Shown piece by piece: positions 54,138 to 64,000 of a stretch of 64,000 nt of DNA; position 1 is the first letter of the stretch, and every line of letters begins with the position of its first letter. Both the position numbers and the translations under genes were made by a program. A model generated the notes under the pieces. That model did no database searches and was not told the DNA's origin. It saw only the letters and a program-made list of their open reading frames with translations. The DNA comes from Planctomycetota bacterium (GTDB lineage: Bacteria > Planctomycetota > JAJSAM01 > JAJVHW01), in the NCBI GenBank assembly GCA_965248445.1, contig CBDFJG010000003.1, positions 32,001-96,000 of the forward strand. The letters run 5' to 3'.

Positions 54138-54695
54138 ATGATCCCGCGACTGTTCGAGCGCTACCGCGAGACGATCGTCCCGCACTTCATGAAGGAGCTG
54201 GGCTGTCCGAACGTCCACTCCGTGCCGCGACTCTCGAAGATCGTGCTGAGCATGGGGGTCGGCAAGGCCAACGAAAACAAGCGGCTGCTCGAGACGGCGG
54301 TCGACGACCTGACCAAGATCACGGGGCAGAAGGCCGTCATCACGCGAGCCAAGAAATCGGTCTCGAACTTCCGCCTGCGCGAGGGCCAGCAGATCGGCTG
54401 CATGGTCACCCTGCGCGGTCACCGCATGTTCGAGTTCCTGGATCGCCTGGTCAGCGTGGCGATCCCGCGTATCCGCGACTTCCGCGGACTCAAGTCGAAG
54501 TCGTTCGACAAGGCCGGCAACTACTCGCTCGGTCTCGCGGACCAGCTCGTCTTCCCGGAGATGCAGGCTGACAAGGTCGAGAACAACCAGGGCATGAACA
54601 TCACGTTGGTCATCCGCGGATCGGACGCCGAGAAGTCACTCGAGCTCCTGCGGATGTTCGGTGTGCCGTTCCGTGGCCAGAACGAACAGAAGTAA
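54138..54695 (+). CDS. rplE: 50S ribosomal protein L5
   Basis: [21 protein letters not shown]. Confidence 0.99.
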   Translation: MIPRLFERYRETIVPHFMKELGCPNVHSVPRLSKIVLSMGVGKANENKRLLETAVDDLTKITGQKAVITRAKKSVSNFRLREGQQIGCMVTLRGHRMFEFLDRLVSVAIPRIRDFRGLKSKSFDKAGNYSLGLADQLVFPEMQADKVENNQGMNITLVIRGSDAEKSLELLRMFGVPFRGQNEQK

Positions 54696-54706
54696 CGGAG
54701 ACGAAC

Positions 54707-54892
54707 GTGGCAAAGACCTCTCAGAGAGTGAAGTCGAGCCGGCCGCCGAAGTACACGGTCCAGCACCGCAATCGCTGCCGCCTCTGCGGGCGGCCGCGCG
54801 CCTACATGCGGAAATTCGGCATCTGCCGCATCTGCTTCCGTTCGAAGTCGCACAAGGGCGAGATCCCGGGTGTGAAAAAGGCGTCGTGGTAG
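54707..54892 (+). CDS. rpsN: 30S ribosomal protein S14, short zinc-binding type
   Basis: 61 aa; CRLCGR...CRICFR. Confidence 0.98.
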   Translation: MAKTSQRVKSSRPPKYTVQHRNRCRLCGRPRAYMRKFGICRICFRSKSHKGEIPGVKKASW

Positions 54893-54972
54893 CCACTCGG
54901 GCTACAGGTATGAGCAAGTTGAATCGCACTTCCGCCTCGGTGGCGGCGGTGCTCCTGGAAAGGGCCTACTGA

Positions 54973-55371
54973 ATGAGCATGAACGATCCCATTGCGGACA
55001 TGCTGACGCGCATCCGCAACGCGAATTCGATCCGCCGTCAGTCTGTTGACGTGCCCCGCTCCAAGTTGAAGCGGGGGATCGCCGACGTGCTGAAACGGGA
55101 GGGCTACATCGACGACTTCCTCGACATCGAGGCAGGTCCGAAGAGCGTTCTGCGCCTGCAGCTCAAGTACGGCCCGGCGGGCCGCCGGATCATCCGCCGC
55201 ATCGAGCGCGTCTCGAAGCCCGGCCGCCGCATCTATCGCGGAGTGTCGGACCTCGAGTCACCGATCGGTGGACTCGGCGTCTACGTGGTCTCGACGGATC
55301 AAGGCGTGCTCTCTGACCGAGAGGCGCGGGATCGCAAGGCGGGGGGCGAAGTCCTCTGCCGCGTGGTGTGA
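54973..55371 (+). CDS. rpsH: 30S ribosomal protein S8
   Basis: [21 protein letters not shown]. Confidence 0.99.
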   Translation: MSMNDPIADMLTRIRNANSIRRQSVDVPRSKLKRGIADVLKREGYIDDFLDIEAGPKSVLRLQLKYGPAGRRIIRRIERVSKPGRRIYRGVSDLESPIGGLGVYVVSTDQGVLSDREARDRKAGGEVLCRVV

Positions 55372-55383
55372 CGGAGCAGAACC

Positions 55384-55929
55384 ATGTCTCGACTCGGTAA
55401 GACCCCTGTTGCTCTCCCCTCCGGCGTCACCCTCACCGTGCAGCCAGGCCGCGCACTGGTGAAGGGACCGAAGGGCGAAGTCTCGATGCACATTCCCGTC
55501 GGCATCCAGGTGACCGTCGACGACGGCAAGGTGACGGTCGGCCGCAAGTCGAACTCGAAGTTCGACCGGGCGTGCCAGGGCACCGTGGTACGCGTCGTCG
55601 GCAACGGCGTGAAGGGCGTCATGGAGCCGTTCGTGAAGATGCTCGACATCGTGGGTGTCGGCTACACGGCGAACCTCCGTGGCCAGACGCTCGCGCTGAA
55701 GGTCGGGTACGCGAACGAGGTCGTGCTTCAGATCCCCCAGGGCATCGAAGTCACGACCCCGAGCGCTACACGCATCGTGGTCACCGGATGCAATCGCGAA
55801 GTGGTCGGCGAGTTCGCCGCCCGCACGCGTCGTGTCCGGCCCCCGGAGCCCTACAACGGCAAGGGCATCCGCTACACCGACGAACGTATCCAGAAGAAGG
55901 CCGGCAAGTCGTTCGCCTCAGGCGCCTAA
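55384..55929 (+). CDS. rplF: 50S ribosomal protein L6
   Basis: MSRLGK, KGPKG, RPPEPYNGKGIRY. Confidence 0.99.
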   Translation: MSRLGKTPVALPSGVTLTVQPGRALVKGPKGEVSMHIPVGIQVTVDDGKVTVGRKSNSKFDRACQGTVVRVVGNGVKGVMEPFVKMLDIVGVGYTANLRGQTLALKVGYANEVVLQIPQGIEVTTPSATRIVVTGCNREVVGEFAARTRRVRPPEPYNGKGIRYTDERIQKKAGKSFASGA

Positions 55930-55941
55930 CGGAGCAGATCG

Positions 55942-56316
55942 ATGAAGCGAAGCGTGAAGAAGACCCTGGCTCGCAAGCGGCGTCACCGCCGCGTGCGCGG
56001 CCGTGTGAGCGGGACGCCGGAGCGTCCGCGCCTCGTCGTGACCCGTTCGAGCAAGCAGATCGCTGCTCAGGTGATCGACGACGTCGCCGGCCGGACCATC
56101 TGCTCGATCTCGTCCTTGTCTCTCGGCCGCGCCAAGGCGCTGGGCGACGGCAAGGGCTGGAACGTGGCGGGAGCGAGCGTCGTCGGCACTGCGCTGGCGA
56201 AGGTGGCTCTCGACAAGGGTGTGAAGAAGGTCGCATTTGACCGTGCGGGCTATCGCTACCACGGCCGTGTCAAGGCGTTCGCCGACGCCGCGCGCGAAGC
56301 AGGACTGGAGTTCTAG
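55942..56316 (+). CDS. rplR: 50S ribosomal protein L18
   Basis: [20 protein letters not shown]. Confidence 0.99.
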   Translation: MKRSVKKTLARKRRHRRVRGRVSGTPERPRLVVTRSSKQIAAQVIDDVAGRTICSISSLSLGRAKALGDGKGWNVAGASVVGTALAKVALDKGVKKVAFDRAGYRYHGRVKAFADAAREAGLEF

Positions 56317-56318
56317 CG

Positions 56319-56825
56319 ATGAAGGACTGGTACGAGAACCTGGAGTACGTGGAGCCGGTCGGGCTCGATCTCGACGACAACGTCGTCAAGATCAACCGCT
56401 GCGCGACCGTCGTGAAGGGCGGCCGCCGCTTCTCGTTCAGCGCGCTCGTCGTGGTGGGTGACAAGAAGGGCGTCTGCGGCTACGGCTTCGGCAAGGCGAA
56501 GGAAGTGCCCATGGCCGTCGAGAAGGCGGTCAAGGACGCGAAGAAGCGGCTCATCCGCATCCCGCTGCTCGGCTCGACGATCCCGCACCCGGTCGACGGC
56601 CTGTTCAGCGCGACGAAAGTGTTCCTCGGTCCGGCCTCGCCCGGTACCGGCGTCACTGCCGGCCCCGCCGTGCGGGCTCTGATCGAGGTCGTGGGCATCC
56701 ACGACATCCTGACCAAGAACTACGGCTCCTGCAACCCGGTCAACGTGGTGCGGGCGACGATGGACGGTCTCCTCCAACTGCGCCGTAAGGAGCAGGTCGC
56801 GGAGCTCCGGGGAGTGACTCTCTGA
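56319..56825 (+). CDS. rpsE: 30S ribosomal protein S5
   Basis: [24 protein letters not shown]. Confidence 0.99.
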   Translation: MKDWYENLEYVEPVGLDLDDNVVKINRCATVVKGGRRFSFSALVVVGDKKGVCGYGFGKAKEVPMAVEKAVKDAKKRLIRIPLLGSTIPHPVDGLFSATKVFLGPASPGTGVTAGPAVRALIEVVGIHDILTKNYGSCNPVNVVRATMDGLLQLRRKEQVAELRGVTL

Positions 56826-57313
56826 TGGACATCGCAAAAGTAGTCGGAGTGGATGTCGGCCGCCGCCACAAGCGTCGCAAGGGACGCGGCACGGGTTCCG
56901 GCGCCGGCAAGACCTCGGGACGTGGCTCGAAGGGCGCAGCGGCGCGCAGCGGATTCGGCGGTCTTTTGCATCGCGAGGGCGGTCAGATGCCGCTCATCCG
57001 TCGTATACCGAAGCGTGGCTTCTCCAACTCCATGTTCCGCGTCGAGTACGAGGCGGTCAACGTCGCCCGGCTGTCCGCGTTCCAGGGTGAGAAGGTGACG
57101 CTCGATCTCCTGAAGTCGCGTGGTCTCTTGAAGAAGCGGACCAAGCGCTACAAGGTCCTCGGCGTGGGCGACCTCTCGGTCAAGCTCGACGTCGTCGCGG
57201 ACGCATTCAGCAAGACGGCGCGCGAGAAGATCGAAGCAGCCGGCGGCACGGTCACCGTGATCGCAGTGCCGAAGCGCCCCAAGCGGTTCCCCAAGCGGGG
57301 AGGCGAGGGCTAG
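56825..57313 (+). CDS. rplO: 50S ribosomal protein L15
   Basis: GRGTGSG.GKTSGRG, EGGQMPL.RRIPKRGF. Confidence 0.99.
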   Translation: MDIAKVVGVDVGRRHKRRKGRGTGSGAGKTSGRGSKGAAARSGFGGLLHREGGQMPLIRRIPKRGFSNSMFRVEYEAVNVARLSAFQGEKVTLDLLKSRGLLKKRTKRYKVLGVGDLSVKLDVVADAFSKTAREKIEAAGGTVTVIAVPKRPKRFPKRGGEG

Positions 57314-57349
57314 CCCGGCCCAGTCGGCCGAGGCGGCGAGCGACCAAAG

Positions 57350-58744
57350 ATGTTCGAGAAGTTCCTCAACCTGTTCCGCGTCGAAGACGTGCGGAAGAAG
57401 ATCGTCACGACGGTCATTCTCCTGCTCATCTACCGCATCGGATTCCAGGTGCCGGTCCCGGGCGTCTCCCAGGAACGGATCTTCCAGGTCATCGAGCAGC
57501 TCAAAGAGCAGGGCGGCCCGGGCGGCGGGCTGGGCAACTTCCTCGGCGTGTTCGGCATGCTCTCGGCCGGGGGACTACTGTCGTTCGGCATCTTCAGCCT
57601 CGGGATCATGCCGTACATCTCGAGCTCCATCATCTTCAGCATCCTGGGCAAGGTCGTGCCCTCGATCGAGAAGATGGTGAAGGAGGGCTCGCAGGGTCAG
57701 AAGCGGCTCAACCAGTGGATGCGGTGGGGCACGGTCCCCATCTGTCTCATCCAGGCGATCTTCGTGATCGAGGGCGTGCTGCTGAACCCGCAGTTCCTGG
57801 GCCAGCAGCTCGTCGATCCCGGCGACTACGCGGGCTTCCCCGGCTTCTACGTCGGCTTCTACATACCTGCCGTCATCGCGCTGATTGCCGGCTCACTCTT
57901 CCTCATGTGGCTTGGTGAGCAGATCACCGAGTACGGCATCGGCAACGGCATCTCGCTGCTCATCATGGCGGGCATCCTCTCGGGCGTCCCCGCGGCGATT
58001 CAGGAGTTGATGGATCCTCCCGGGGTGACCAGCGAAGAGGAACGGTTCGCGCAGGGCATCCTCAAGGGCGCGCTCTTGCTGGTCCTCTACCTGAGCGTGT
58101 CGCTTGCTGTCGTCTACGTAACGAAGGGGTCGCGGCGTATCCCGATTCAATACGCGCGGATGGTGCGCGGTCGCGGCGTGTACGGCGGTCAGAAGCACTA
58201 CATCCCGCTCAAGGTCAACCAGGCGAACGTGATGCCGGTGATCTTCGCGATGTCACTGCTCGTCTTCCCGAGCGTGCTGTTCAGCGAGGGCGTGCTCGAC
58301 TGGCCGTACTTCCGCGAGATCTTCAATGACCCGATCGGGTGGGTCTACAACGTCATCTACATCGCGATGATCTTCTTCTTCTCGTTCTTCTGGGTGCAGC
58401 TGATGTTCCAGCCGAGCGAGATGGCGAAGAACTTCAAGGAGTACGGCGCCTTCATCCCGGGCATCCGGCCGGGCAACGCGACGTCGGAGTTCCTCGACAA
58501 GGTGCTGGTGCGGCTGACCCTCGCGGGGTCGTTCTTCCTCGCGGCCATCAGCCTCCTGCCGAACCTCGTGTCGTCACAGCTGGGCATCTCCCAGATGACC
58601 GCGAGCTTCCTCGGCGGAACCTCGATCCTGATCGTCGTCGCCGTCGCACTGGACCTCGTTGACCGCCTCAACGCCCAGCTCCTCATGCGCAACTACGAGG
58701 GGTTCATGAAGGGCGGCACCGGCAAGGGATCCGGGGCCAAGTAG
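57350..58744 (+). CDS. secY: Preprotein translocase subunit SecY
   Basis: LGIMPYISSSII, GIGNGISLLI, IPGIRPG, GGTSILIVV. Confidence 0.99.
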   Translation: MFEKFLNLFRVEDVRKKIVTTVILLLIYRIGFQVPVPGVSQERIFQVIEQLKEQGGPGGGLGNFLGVFGMLSAGGLLSFGIFSLGIMPYISSSIIFSILGKVVPSIEKMVKEGSQGQKRLNQWMRWGTVPICLIQAIFVIEGVLLNPQFLGQQLVDPGDYAGFPGFYVGFYIPAVIALIAGSLFLMWLGEQITEYGIGNGISLLIMAGILSGVPAAIQELMDPPGVTSEEERFAQGILKGALLLVLYLSVSLAVVYVTKGSRRIPIQYARMVRGRGVYGGQKHYIPLKVNQANVMPVIFAMSLLVFPSVLFSEGVLDWPYFREIFNDPIGWVYNVIYIAMIFFFSFFWVQLMFQPSEMAKNFKEYGAFIPGIRPGNATSEFLDKVLVRLTLAGSFFLAAISLLPNLVSSQLGISQMTASFLGGTSILIVVAVALDLVDRLNAQLLMRNYEGFMKGGTGKGSGAK

Positions 58745-58750
58745 AGCGCC

Positions 58751-59362
58751 ATGATGAAGATCGTCTTCCTCGGACCACCCGGTGCCGGCAAGGGCACGCA
58801 GGCCGCGCGCCTGTGCGGCCGCATGGGCGTCCCGCACATCAGCACGGGCGACATGCTCCGCGGTGCGCTCGCGGCGGGCACGGAGATCGGTCTCGAAGCG
58901 AAGTCGTTCCTCGACCGGGGCGCGCTCGTTTCAGACGAGGTCATCGCCCGGATCGTGCGCGAGCGGCTGGGGCAGGACGACTGCAGCCGCGGGTTCGTGC
59001 TCGACGGGTTCCCCCGCACAATCCGCCAGGCCGAACTCCTCGACGAGGCCGTCGGATCACCCGCGCTCGACGTCGTCGTGCTGATCGACGTCCCGGAGGA
59101 GGAACTGGTGCGCCGGCTCACGTCGCGCGGTGAAGGCCGCTCCGACGACAAGCCGGAGGTGATAGAGCATCGTCTCTCCGTGTACGCGAACGAGACGGCC
59201 CCGCTGCGCGAGCACTACGACGCGCAGGGCCTCCTCGTCGTCGTGGACGGGAACGCCTCGATGGATGCCGTCACGCTGCGTGTCAGCGAGGCGGTCGAGC
59301 AGGCTGTGCTGGATCGCGGCGGCGTCTCGAACGGCGACTCGTGCGCGGGCGGTGCCGCGTGA
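58751..59362 (+). CDS. adk: Adenylate kinase, short-LID type
   Basis: GPPGAGKGT, STGDMLR, LDGFPRT, RSDD. Confidence 0.97.
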   Translation: MMKIVFLGPPGAGKGTQAARLCGRMGVPHISTGDMLRGALAAGTEIGLEAKSFLDRGALVSDEVIARIVRERLGQDDCSRGFVLDGFPRTIRQAELLDEAVGSPALDVVVLIDVPEEELVRRLTSRGEGRSDDKPEVIEHRLSVYANETAPLREHYDAQGLLVVVDGNASMDAVTLRVSEAVEQAVLDRGGVSNGDSCAGGAA

Positions 59363-60114
59363 TCTCCATCAAGTCCGACCGCGAGTTCGAGGCCATGCGC
59401 GAAGCCGGCCGCATCGTTGCGCTCGTGCACCAGTGGTGGCGGGACAACCTGCGTCCCGGCATCACGACGCAGGACATCGACAAGGCGGCGGAGGCGCTCA
59501 TCCGCGACAACGGAGCGACACCGGAGTTCAAGGGCTACCACGGGTTCCCGGCAACCGTTTGCGCGTCGGTGAATCACGAAGTTGTCCACGGCATACCGGG
59601 TCCACGGCGGCTGGAAGAGGGCGACATCGTCGGCCTCGACGTCGGCGCCCGCATTCACGGCTTCGTCGGCGACGCGGCCCTGACGCTGCCGGTCGGGCGG
59701 ATCAGCGACGACGCGACGCGCCTCCTTGAGACGACGAAGGAGTGCCTGGATCTGGCCATCGCGGTCTGCGGACCGGGTGTTCGGCTCTCGGCCATCGGCG
59801 CCGCCGTCCAGCGGCACGCCGAGAAACGGGGCTACACGCTCGTGCGGGAGTACGCCGGCCACGGCATCGGCCGGAAGATGCACGAGGAGCCCTCGGTCCC
59901 CAACTACGTGGACCCGAGCCTGAGGCACCGCGATGTGGTCCTCCGGCCGGGCATGGCGATTTGTATTGAGCCTATGGTGAATGTGGGACGCCCGGACGTC
60001 CGGGTGCTCGACGATGGATGGACGGTGGTCACCCGCGACGGTAGCCTCTCGGCCCATTTCGAGCACACGATCGGCATTCGAGAATCCGGTGCGGAGGTGA
60101 TGACGATCTTGTGA
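59359..60114 (+). CDS. map: Methionine aminopeptidase type I
   Basis: SVN.EVVHGIP, GHGIG..MHEEP, IEPM, SAHFEHT. Confidence 0.98.
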   Translation: MISIKSDREFEAMREAGRIVALVHQWWRDNLRPGITTQDIDKAAEALIRDNGATPEFKGYHGFPATVCASVNHEVVHGIPGPRRLEEGDIVGLDVGARIHGFVGDAALTLPVGRISDDATRLLETTKECLDLAIAVCGPGVRLSAIGAAVQRHAEKRGYTLVREYAGHGIGRKMHEEPSVPNYVDPSLRHRDVVLRPGMAICIEPMVNVGRPDVRVLDDGWTVVTRDGSLSAHFEHTIGIRESGAEVMTIL

Positions 60115-60341
60115 GCGAGCGTGATTCCCGGAGTGCCGCGATCGTGAAGGAGATCCTTCCGAACGCGATGTTCCGGGTCGAAGTACCGGGTGGCCGGGCC
60201 CTCGTCGCGCACCTCTCGGGGGACGCACGAGCGCGCCTCACGCGCCTCGTGCCCGGCGACGAAGTCCTGGTGGAGGTTTCTCCCTACGACATCGGCATCT
60301 GCCGGATCGTCGGGAGGCCGCGCGGCGCCCGCGGGCGCTGA
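60111..60341 (+). CDS. infA: Translation initiation factor IF-1, divergent
   Basis: LPNAMFRV, AHLSG, PGD.V.VE.SPYD; lies between map and rpmJ. Confidence 0.85.
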   Translation: MSERDSRSAAIVKEILPNAMFRVEVPGGRALVAHLSGDARARLTRLVPGDEVLVEVSPYDIGICRIVGRPRGARGR

Positions 60342-60393
60342 GCAGTTCCGACACCAGGTCACGCGACAGCGAGAGCGAGTCAGGAAGTGAACG

Positions 60394-60507
60394 ATGAAGG
60401 TACGAACGTCCGTCAAGCGGATCTGCAACAAGTGCAAGGTCATCCGTCGCAAGGGTGTCGTGCGCGTGATCTGCGAGAACAAGCGCCACAAGCAGAGGCA
60501 GGGGTAG
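60394..60507 (+). CDS. rpmJ: 50S ribosomal protein L36, zinc-binding type
   Basis: [37 protein letters not shown] (below the ORF-track length cutoff). Confidence 0.99.
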   Translation: MKVRTSVKRICNKCKVIRRKGVVRVICENKRHKQRQG

Positions 60508-60511
60508 ACAT

Positions 60512-60892
60512 ATGCCACGAGTGAACGGTGTGGACATCCCTCCGAACAAGCGCCTGGAGATTGCGCTGACGTACATCTACGGCGTCGGTCCGCACGTCGC
60601 CGGTCGGCTCATCGACGAGGCGAAGCTGCGCCCCGAGATGCGCGCGCGTGAACTGTCCGACGAACAGGTCTCGCAGCTGAACCAGCTCATCGAGCGCAGC
60701 TTCGTGACCGAGGGACAGTTGCGGCGCCAGGTGATCCAGAACGTCCAGCGCCTCAAAGAGATCCGCTGCCACCGCGGCCTGCGCCACATCCGTGGCCTGC
60801 CGGTGCGCGGTCAGAGAACCAGAACGAATGCGCGTACGCGCAAGGGACCCAAGCGCACTGTGGCGCGCAAGCGGTCCGTGAAGGAGAGGTAG
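60512..60892 (+). CDS. rpsM: 30S ribosomal protein S13
   Basis: IALTYIYGVG, GLPVRGQRTRTNART. Confidence 0.99.
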   Translation: MPRVNGVDIPPNKRLEIALTYIYGVGPHVAGRLIDEAKLRPEMRARELSDEQVSQLNQLIERSFVTEGQLRRQVIQNVQRLKEIRCHRGLRHIRGLPVRGQRTRTNARTRKGPKRTVARKRSVKER

Positions 60893-60895
60893 GCA

Positions 60896-61273
60896 GTGGC
60901 CAAGGGCAAGAAGAAGATCAAGCGCAACGTGCCGCGGGCGATCGTGTACGTCCAAGCGACGTTCAACAACACGATCATCACGGTGACCGATCCGAACGGA
61001 GAGGTCATCTGCTGGGACAGCGCCGGCACGATTGGATACAAGGGCTCGCGCAAGAGCACCCCGTTCGCCGCGCAGAAGGCGGCCGAACGCGTCGCCGATA
61101 AGGCGATGAAGATGGGCGTGCGCGAGGCCGAAGTCCGCATCAAGGGACCCGGTGTCGGACGCGAGTCCGCCATCCGGTCGCTCGCAGCCAACGGTCTCAA
61201 GATCCGGGTCATCGAGGACCGCACGCCGATCCCTCACAACGGCTGCCGTCCCCGCAAGCGGAGGCGTGTCTAG
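60896..61273 (+). CDS. rpsK: 30S ribosomal protein S11
   Basis: [23 protein letters not shown]. Confidence 0.99.
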   Translation: MAKGKKKIKRNVPRAIVYVQATFNNTIITVTDPNGEVICWDSAGTIGYKGSRKSTPFAAQKAAERVADKAMKMGVREAEVRIKGPGVGRESAIRSLAANGLKIRVIEDRTPIPHNGCRPRKRRRV

Positions 61274-61304
61274 GCGCCCGCGCGCCGGACCGAAAGGGTG
61301 AAGC

Positions 61305-61922
61305 ATGGCTAGGATCACGGGCCCGAAAGACAGGATCTCGCGTCGCGAGGGTGTCGAGCTCTTCGGTAAGAAGAAGTCGGCTCTTCTGCGTCGCGAGACG
61401 CCGCCCGGCAAGGGGCTGCGCAGCCGGCGCGGCCGGAGGCTCTCGGCGTACGGCATCCGCCTGCGCGAGAAGCAGAAGGTCAAGCGTCTCTACGGCGTGC
61501 TGGAGAAGCAGTTCCGCCGCTTCTACGCGAACGCCAAGCGCCAGACGGGCAACACGGGCGAGAACCTCCTGGTTCTGCTCGAGCGGCGTCTGGACAACGC
61601 GGTGTTCGCGATGGGATTCGGCAACACGCGACCGATGGCGCGCCAGATGGTCGTGCACGGCCACGTCCTCCTGAACGGCAAGCGGGCTACGAGGCCGAGC
61701 ATGCTGGTCAAGGCGGGCGACCTCGTGTCGGTCCGCGAGAAGGAGAACTCGAAGACCCTCGGCGCGTCCGGGGTCGAGATGTCCCGCAGCCTGCGTTCGC
61801 CGCCCTCCTGGGTTGCGGTGGACGACGACAAGCTCTCGGGCACGGTCTCCGTGCTCCCGTCGCGGGACGACGTCCCGATCGAGGTCAACGAACTGTTCGT
61901 CGTCGAGGCCTGCTCACGCTAG
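61305..61922 (+). CDS. rpsD: 30S ribosomal protein S4
   Basis: LREKQK, LERRLDN, ARQMVVHGH. Confidence 0.99.
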   Translation: MARITGPKDRISRREGVELFGKKKSALLRRETPPGKGLRSRRGRRLSAYGIRLREKQKVKRLYGVLEKQFRRFYANAKRQTGNTGENLLVLLERRLDNAVFAMGFGNTRPMARQMVVHGHVLLNGKRATRPSMLVKAGDLVSVREKENSKTLGASGVEMSRSLRSPPSWVAVDDDKLSGTVSVLPSRDDVPIEVNELFVVEACSR

Positions 61923-62012
61923 CAGGCGCAGAGACGGCGCGAGTTTCAGAGTTGGTGCGAGCCGGTCAGTCCGGCGGAGGCGCTCCGGTGGGGGTGCCAG
62001 GAGGTTCAGACG

Positions 62013-63020
62013 ATGCGTATCCGTTGGCGTGAATTCGAGCTGCCGAACCGGGTCATCCAGGACGAGAGCGTCAGCGACGACTCGTACGGCATGTTCCTTG
62101 CCGAGCCCTTCGAGAAGGGCTTCGGGCACACGATCGGAAACGGCCTGCGCCGCGTGCTGCTCTCCTCGCTCGAGGGCGCCGCTCCGACGCACCTGAAGAT
62201 CGCGGGTGCGGACCACGAGTTCTCGACGCTCGACGGCGTCGTGGAAGACGTGACGCAGATCGTGCTCAACGTGAAGAAGCTCCTGGTCGACATGGACTCG
62301 GAGCAGCCCTGCGTGCTGCGCCTGCGCCACAAGGGCAAGGGCCGGGTCACCGCGGCGTCGATCCAGGAGGCGTCGAACTGCCAGGTGGTGAGCAAGGACC
62401 TGTACATCTGCACGACGTCCAAGGACGACGTGGAGCTGGACATGGAGATCACGATCCGCCGCGGCCGCGGGTACGTCACCGCCGACGAGAACTACGACGA
62501 GGACATGGAACTCGGCGTGGTCCCGCTCGACTCGATCTTCTCCCCGGTGCAGCGCGTGCGCTACTCGGTGCACGCCACGCGCGTCGGCAAGATGACGAAC
62601 TACGACAAGCTCGTCATGGAGGTCTGGACGGACGGCACGGTCTCGCCGGATCTCGCGCTGCTCGAGGCGGCCAAGATCTACCGCAAGCACTTGAACCCGT
62701 TCGTCCTCCCGGCGGACGGCGGCGGTGCGGCGCCGGCGGGCATCTTCTCGGGCCTCGCAGACGCGGACCAGGGCGGGGAGACGACGTCGCTCAAGGAGAT
62801 CCTGCTGCGGCCGATCGCCTCACTCGATCTGTCGGTGCGCGCTGCGAACTGCATGTCCGAGCAGGCGATCGAGACGGTCGGCGAGTTGGTGGGCCGCTCG
62901 AAGGACGAGATGCTCCTGGTGAAGAACTTCGGCAAGACGTCGCTCAAGGAGATCGAGAAGAAGCTCAATGAGCTGAACCTCAATCTCGGCATGGACGTGG
63001 ACGCGGTACTGAACGCCTAG
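62013..63020 (+). CDS. rpoA: RNA polymerase subunit alpha
   Basis: EPFEKGFGHTIGNGLRRVLLSSL, LSVRAANC, NFGKTSL.EI. Confidence 0.99.
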   Translation: MRIRWREFELPNRVIQDESVSDDSYGMFLAEPFEKGFGHTIGNGLRRVLLSSLEGAAPTHLKIAGADHEFSTLDGVVEDVTQIVLNVKKLLVDMDSEQPCVLRLRHKGKGRVTAASIQEASNCQVVSKDLYICTTSKDDVELDMEITIRRGRGYVTADENYDEDMELGVVPLDSIFSPVQRVRYSVHATRVGKMTNYDKLVMEVWTDGTVSPDLALLEAAKIYRKHLNPFVLPADGGGAAPAGIFSGLADADQGGETTSLKEILLRPIASLDLSVRAANCMSEQAIETVGELVGRSKDEMLLVKNFGKTSLKEIEKKLNELNLNLGMDVDAVLNA

Positions 63021-63046
63021 CGTTCGAGAGGGTACGGAGAACAACG

Positions 63047-63469
63047 ATGCGTCATCGCAAGAGCGGCCGGAAGTTCGGACGCAAGACTGCCCCGCGGCAT
63101 GCGCTGCGCAGGGACATCGTGAACTCGTTGTTCCGCCACGGCCGGATCACGACCACGCTGACCAAGGCGAAGGAGTTCCGTCCGTACGCCGAGAAGATGA
63201 TCACGATCGCCAAGCGCGGCGCGGCAGCTCGTGCGGCGGACGACGGCGCGACCGCGCTGACGGCGTTCCGCCGCCTGGTCGCCGAACTTCATGACGAGAC
63301 GATGGCTACCAAGCTGATCGGCGAGATCGCACCGGCGCTCGCCGACCGCCCCGGCGGTTACACACGAATCCTGCGCCACGCGAAGGGCCGGCTCGGCGAC
63401 AACGCGCTGACCGCGGTGTTCGAACTCGTGACACACCAGGTGGCGACGCCCGAGACGGCGGAGGCCTGA
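63047..63469 (+). CDS. rplQ: 50S ribosomal protein L17
   Basis: MRHRKSGRK, ITTTL.KAKE, RPGGYTRI. Confidence 0.99.
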   Translation: MRHRKSGRKFGRKTAPRHALRRDIVNSLFRHGRITTTLTKAKEFRPYAEKMITIAKRGAAARAADDGATALTAFRRLVAELHDETMATKLIGEIAPALADRPGGYTRILRHAKGRLGDNALTAVFELVTHQVATPETAEA

Positions 63470-63470
63470 G

Positions 63471-63491
63471 AGCGGGGCCGCGCGCCCCGCT
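63471..63491 (+). terminator. Short hairpin after rplQ
   Basis: AGCGGGGC-CGCGC-GCCCCGCT; weak U tract. Confidence 0.3.
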
Positions 63492-63503
63492 TCCGGCGCG
63501 AGC

Positions 63504-64000
63504 ATGCGCACAGGTGAACGGCGCTGGGCCCTGGTCCGGTCGTTCTACCGTTCGTATCGCGGCTTCCACGCCATCTACGAGCAGTACGAGCGCCGTGTCG
63601 AAGCACTTGCGACGCGCTACGGTAGGGACCGCAAGGACCTGAAGGTCTCGCCGGACGAACTGCTCTCGCTGTTCGATTCCGAGGCGCTTGCGTCACTGCA
63701 CGACCAGGGTCTGGAGACGCTTCGAGACGTGGCCCAGCAGCTGTTCCGGGGCATCTCAGCGCCCGACCCCTTCAACTCCCAGCTCACCAGCATCTACCAC
63801 GAGGTCTCTCTCCTGAAGGAGGAGCACTGGACCATCCGTGAGGACGTGATGCGACGGGATCGCAAGGCCTACGATCGCTACTACCGCGAGGTGAACGTCT
63901 ACTACCCGCGGCGCCTGCGCCACGTGCGCGATCTGTTCGGTCGGGCGCGGAAGCGCCTGGAGCACGACCTTCTGCCGCAGTTCGCACGAAGCAAAGTGGT
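63504..64000 (+). CDS. Hypothetical helical protein, runs off the window
   Basis: Open frame MRTGERRWALVRSFYRSY...IYHEVSLLKEEH... with GC-rich third positions and no stop before 64000. Confidence 0.75.
   Translation, partial: MRTGERRWALVRSFYRSYRGFHAIYEQYERRVEALATRYGRDRKDLKVSPDELLSLFDSEALASLHDQGLETLRDVAQQLFRGISAPDPFNSQLTSIYHEVSLLKEEHWTIREDVMRRDRKAYDRYYREVNVYYPRRLRHVRDLFGRARKRLEHDLLPQFARSKV

Overview
High-GC bacterial window, most likely Planctomycetota (inferred from rpsL-rpsG-fusA-rpsJ without tuf, no rpmD, and the RpoA N-terminus MRIRWR.LELP). It has four parts. (1) 1-6.8 kb is an IS-scrambled region: three IS1380-family elements whose visible ends all abut CTAG, a 5'-truncated pspA/IM30 gene next to an intact AAA+ ATPase, and two other gene remnants. 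(2) 6.9-36 kb holds a sulfatase, lpxD and a large Wzx/Wza/Wzc exopolysaccharide locus (sulfotransferase, FG-GAP protein, ligase/polymerase, WecA, GDP-mannose 3,5-epimerase-like enzyme, amidotransferase, glycosyltransferases, deacetylase, GNATs, GH42-like lipoprotein), with several genes broken by small deletions or duplications. (3) 36-44.7 kb starts with a ~60-aa two-helix ORF that the ORF track misses; it has an in-frame UGA in a CxxU motif followed by a SECIS-like hairpin (candidate membrane selenoprotein, the top finding). Two 1.5-kb single-ORF IS66 copies then bracket a broken mnmA, yajC, secDF and a LysM gene. (4) 44.7-63.5 kb is the str-S10-spc-alpha ribosomal protein cluster, with a divergent EF-G and IF-1, and an IS66 only 38 bp upstream of rpsL. 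I saw no tRNA, rRNA or CRISPR array. All family calls come from recognising motifs by eye; no searches were run.
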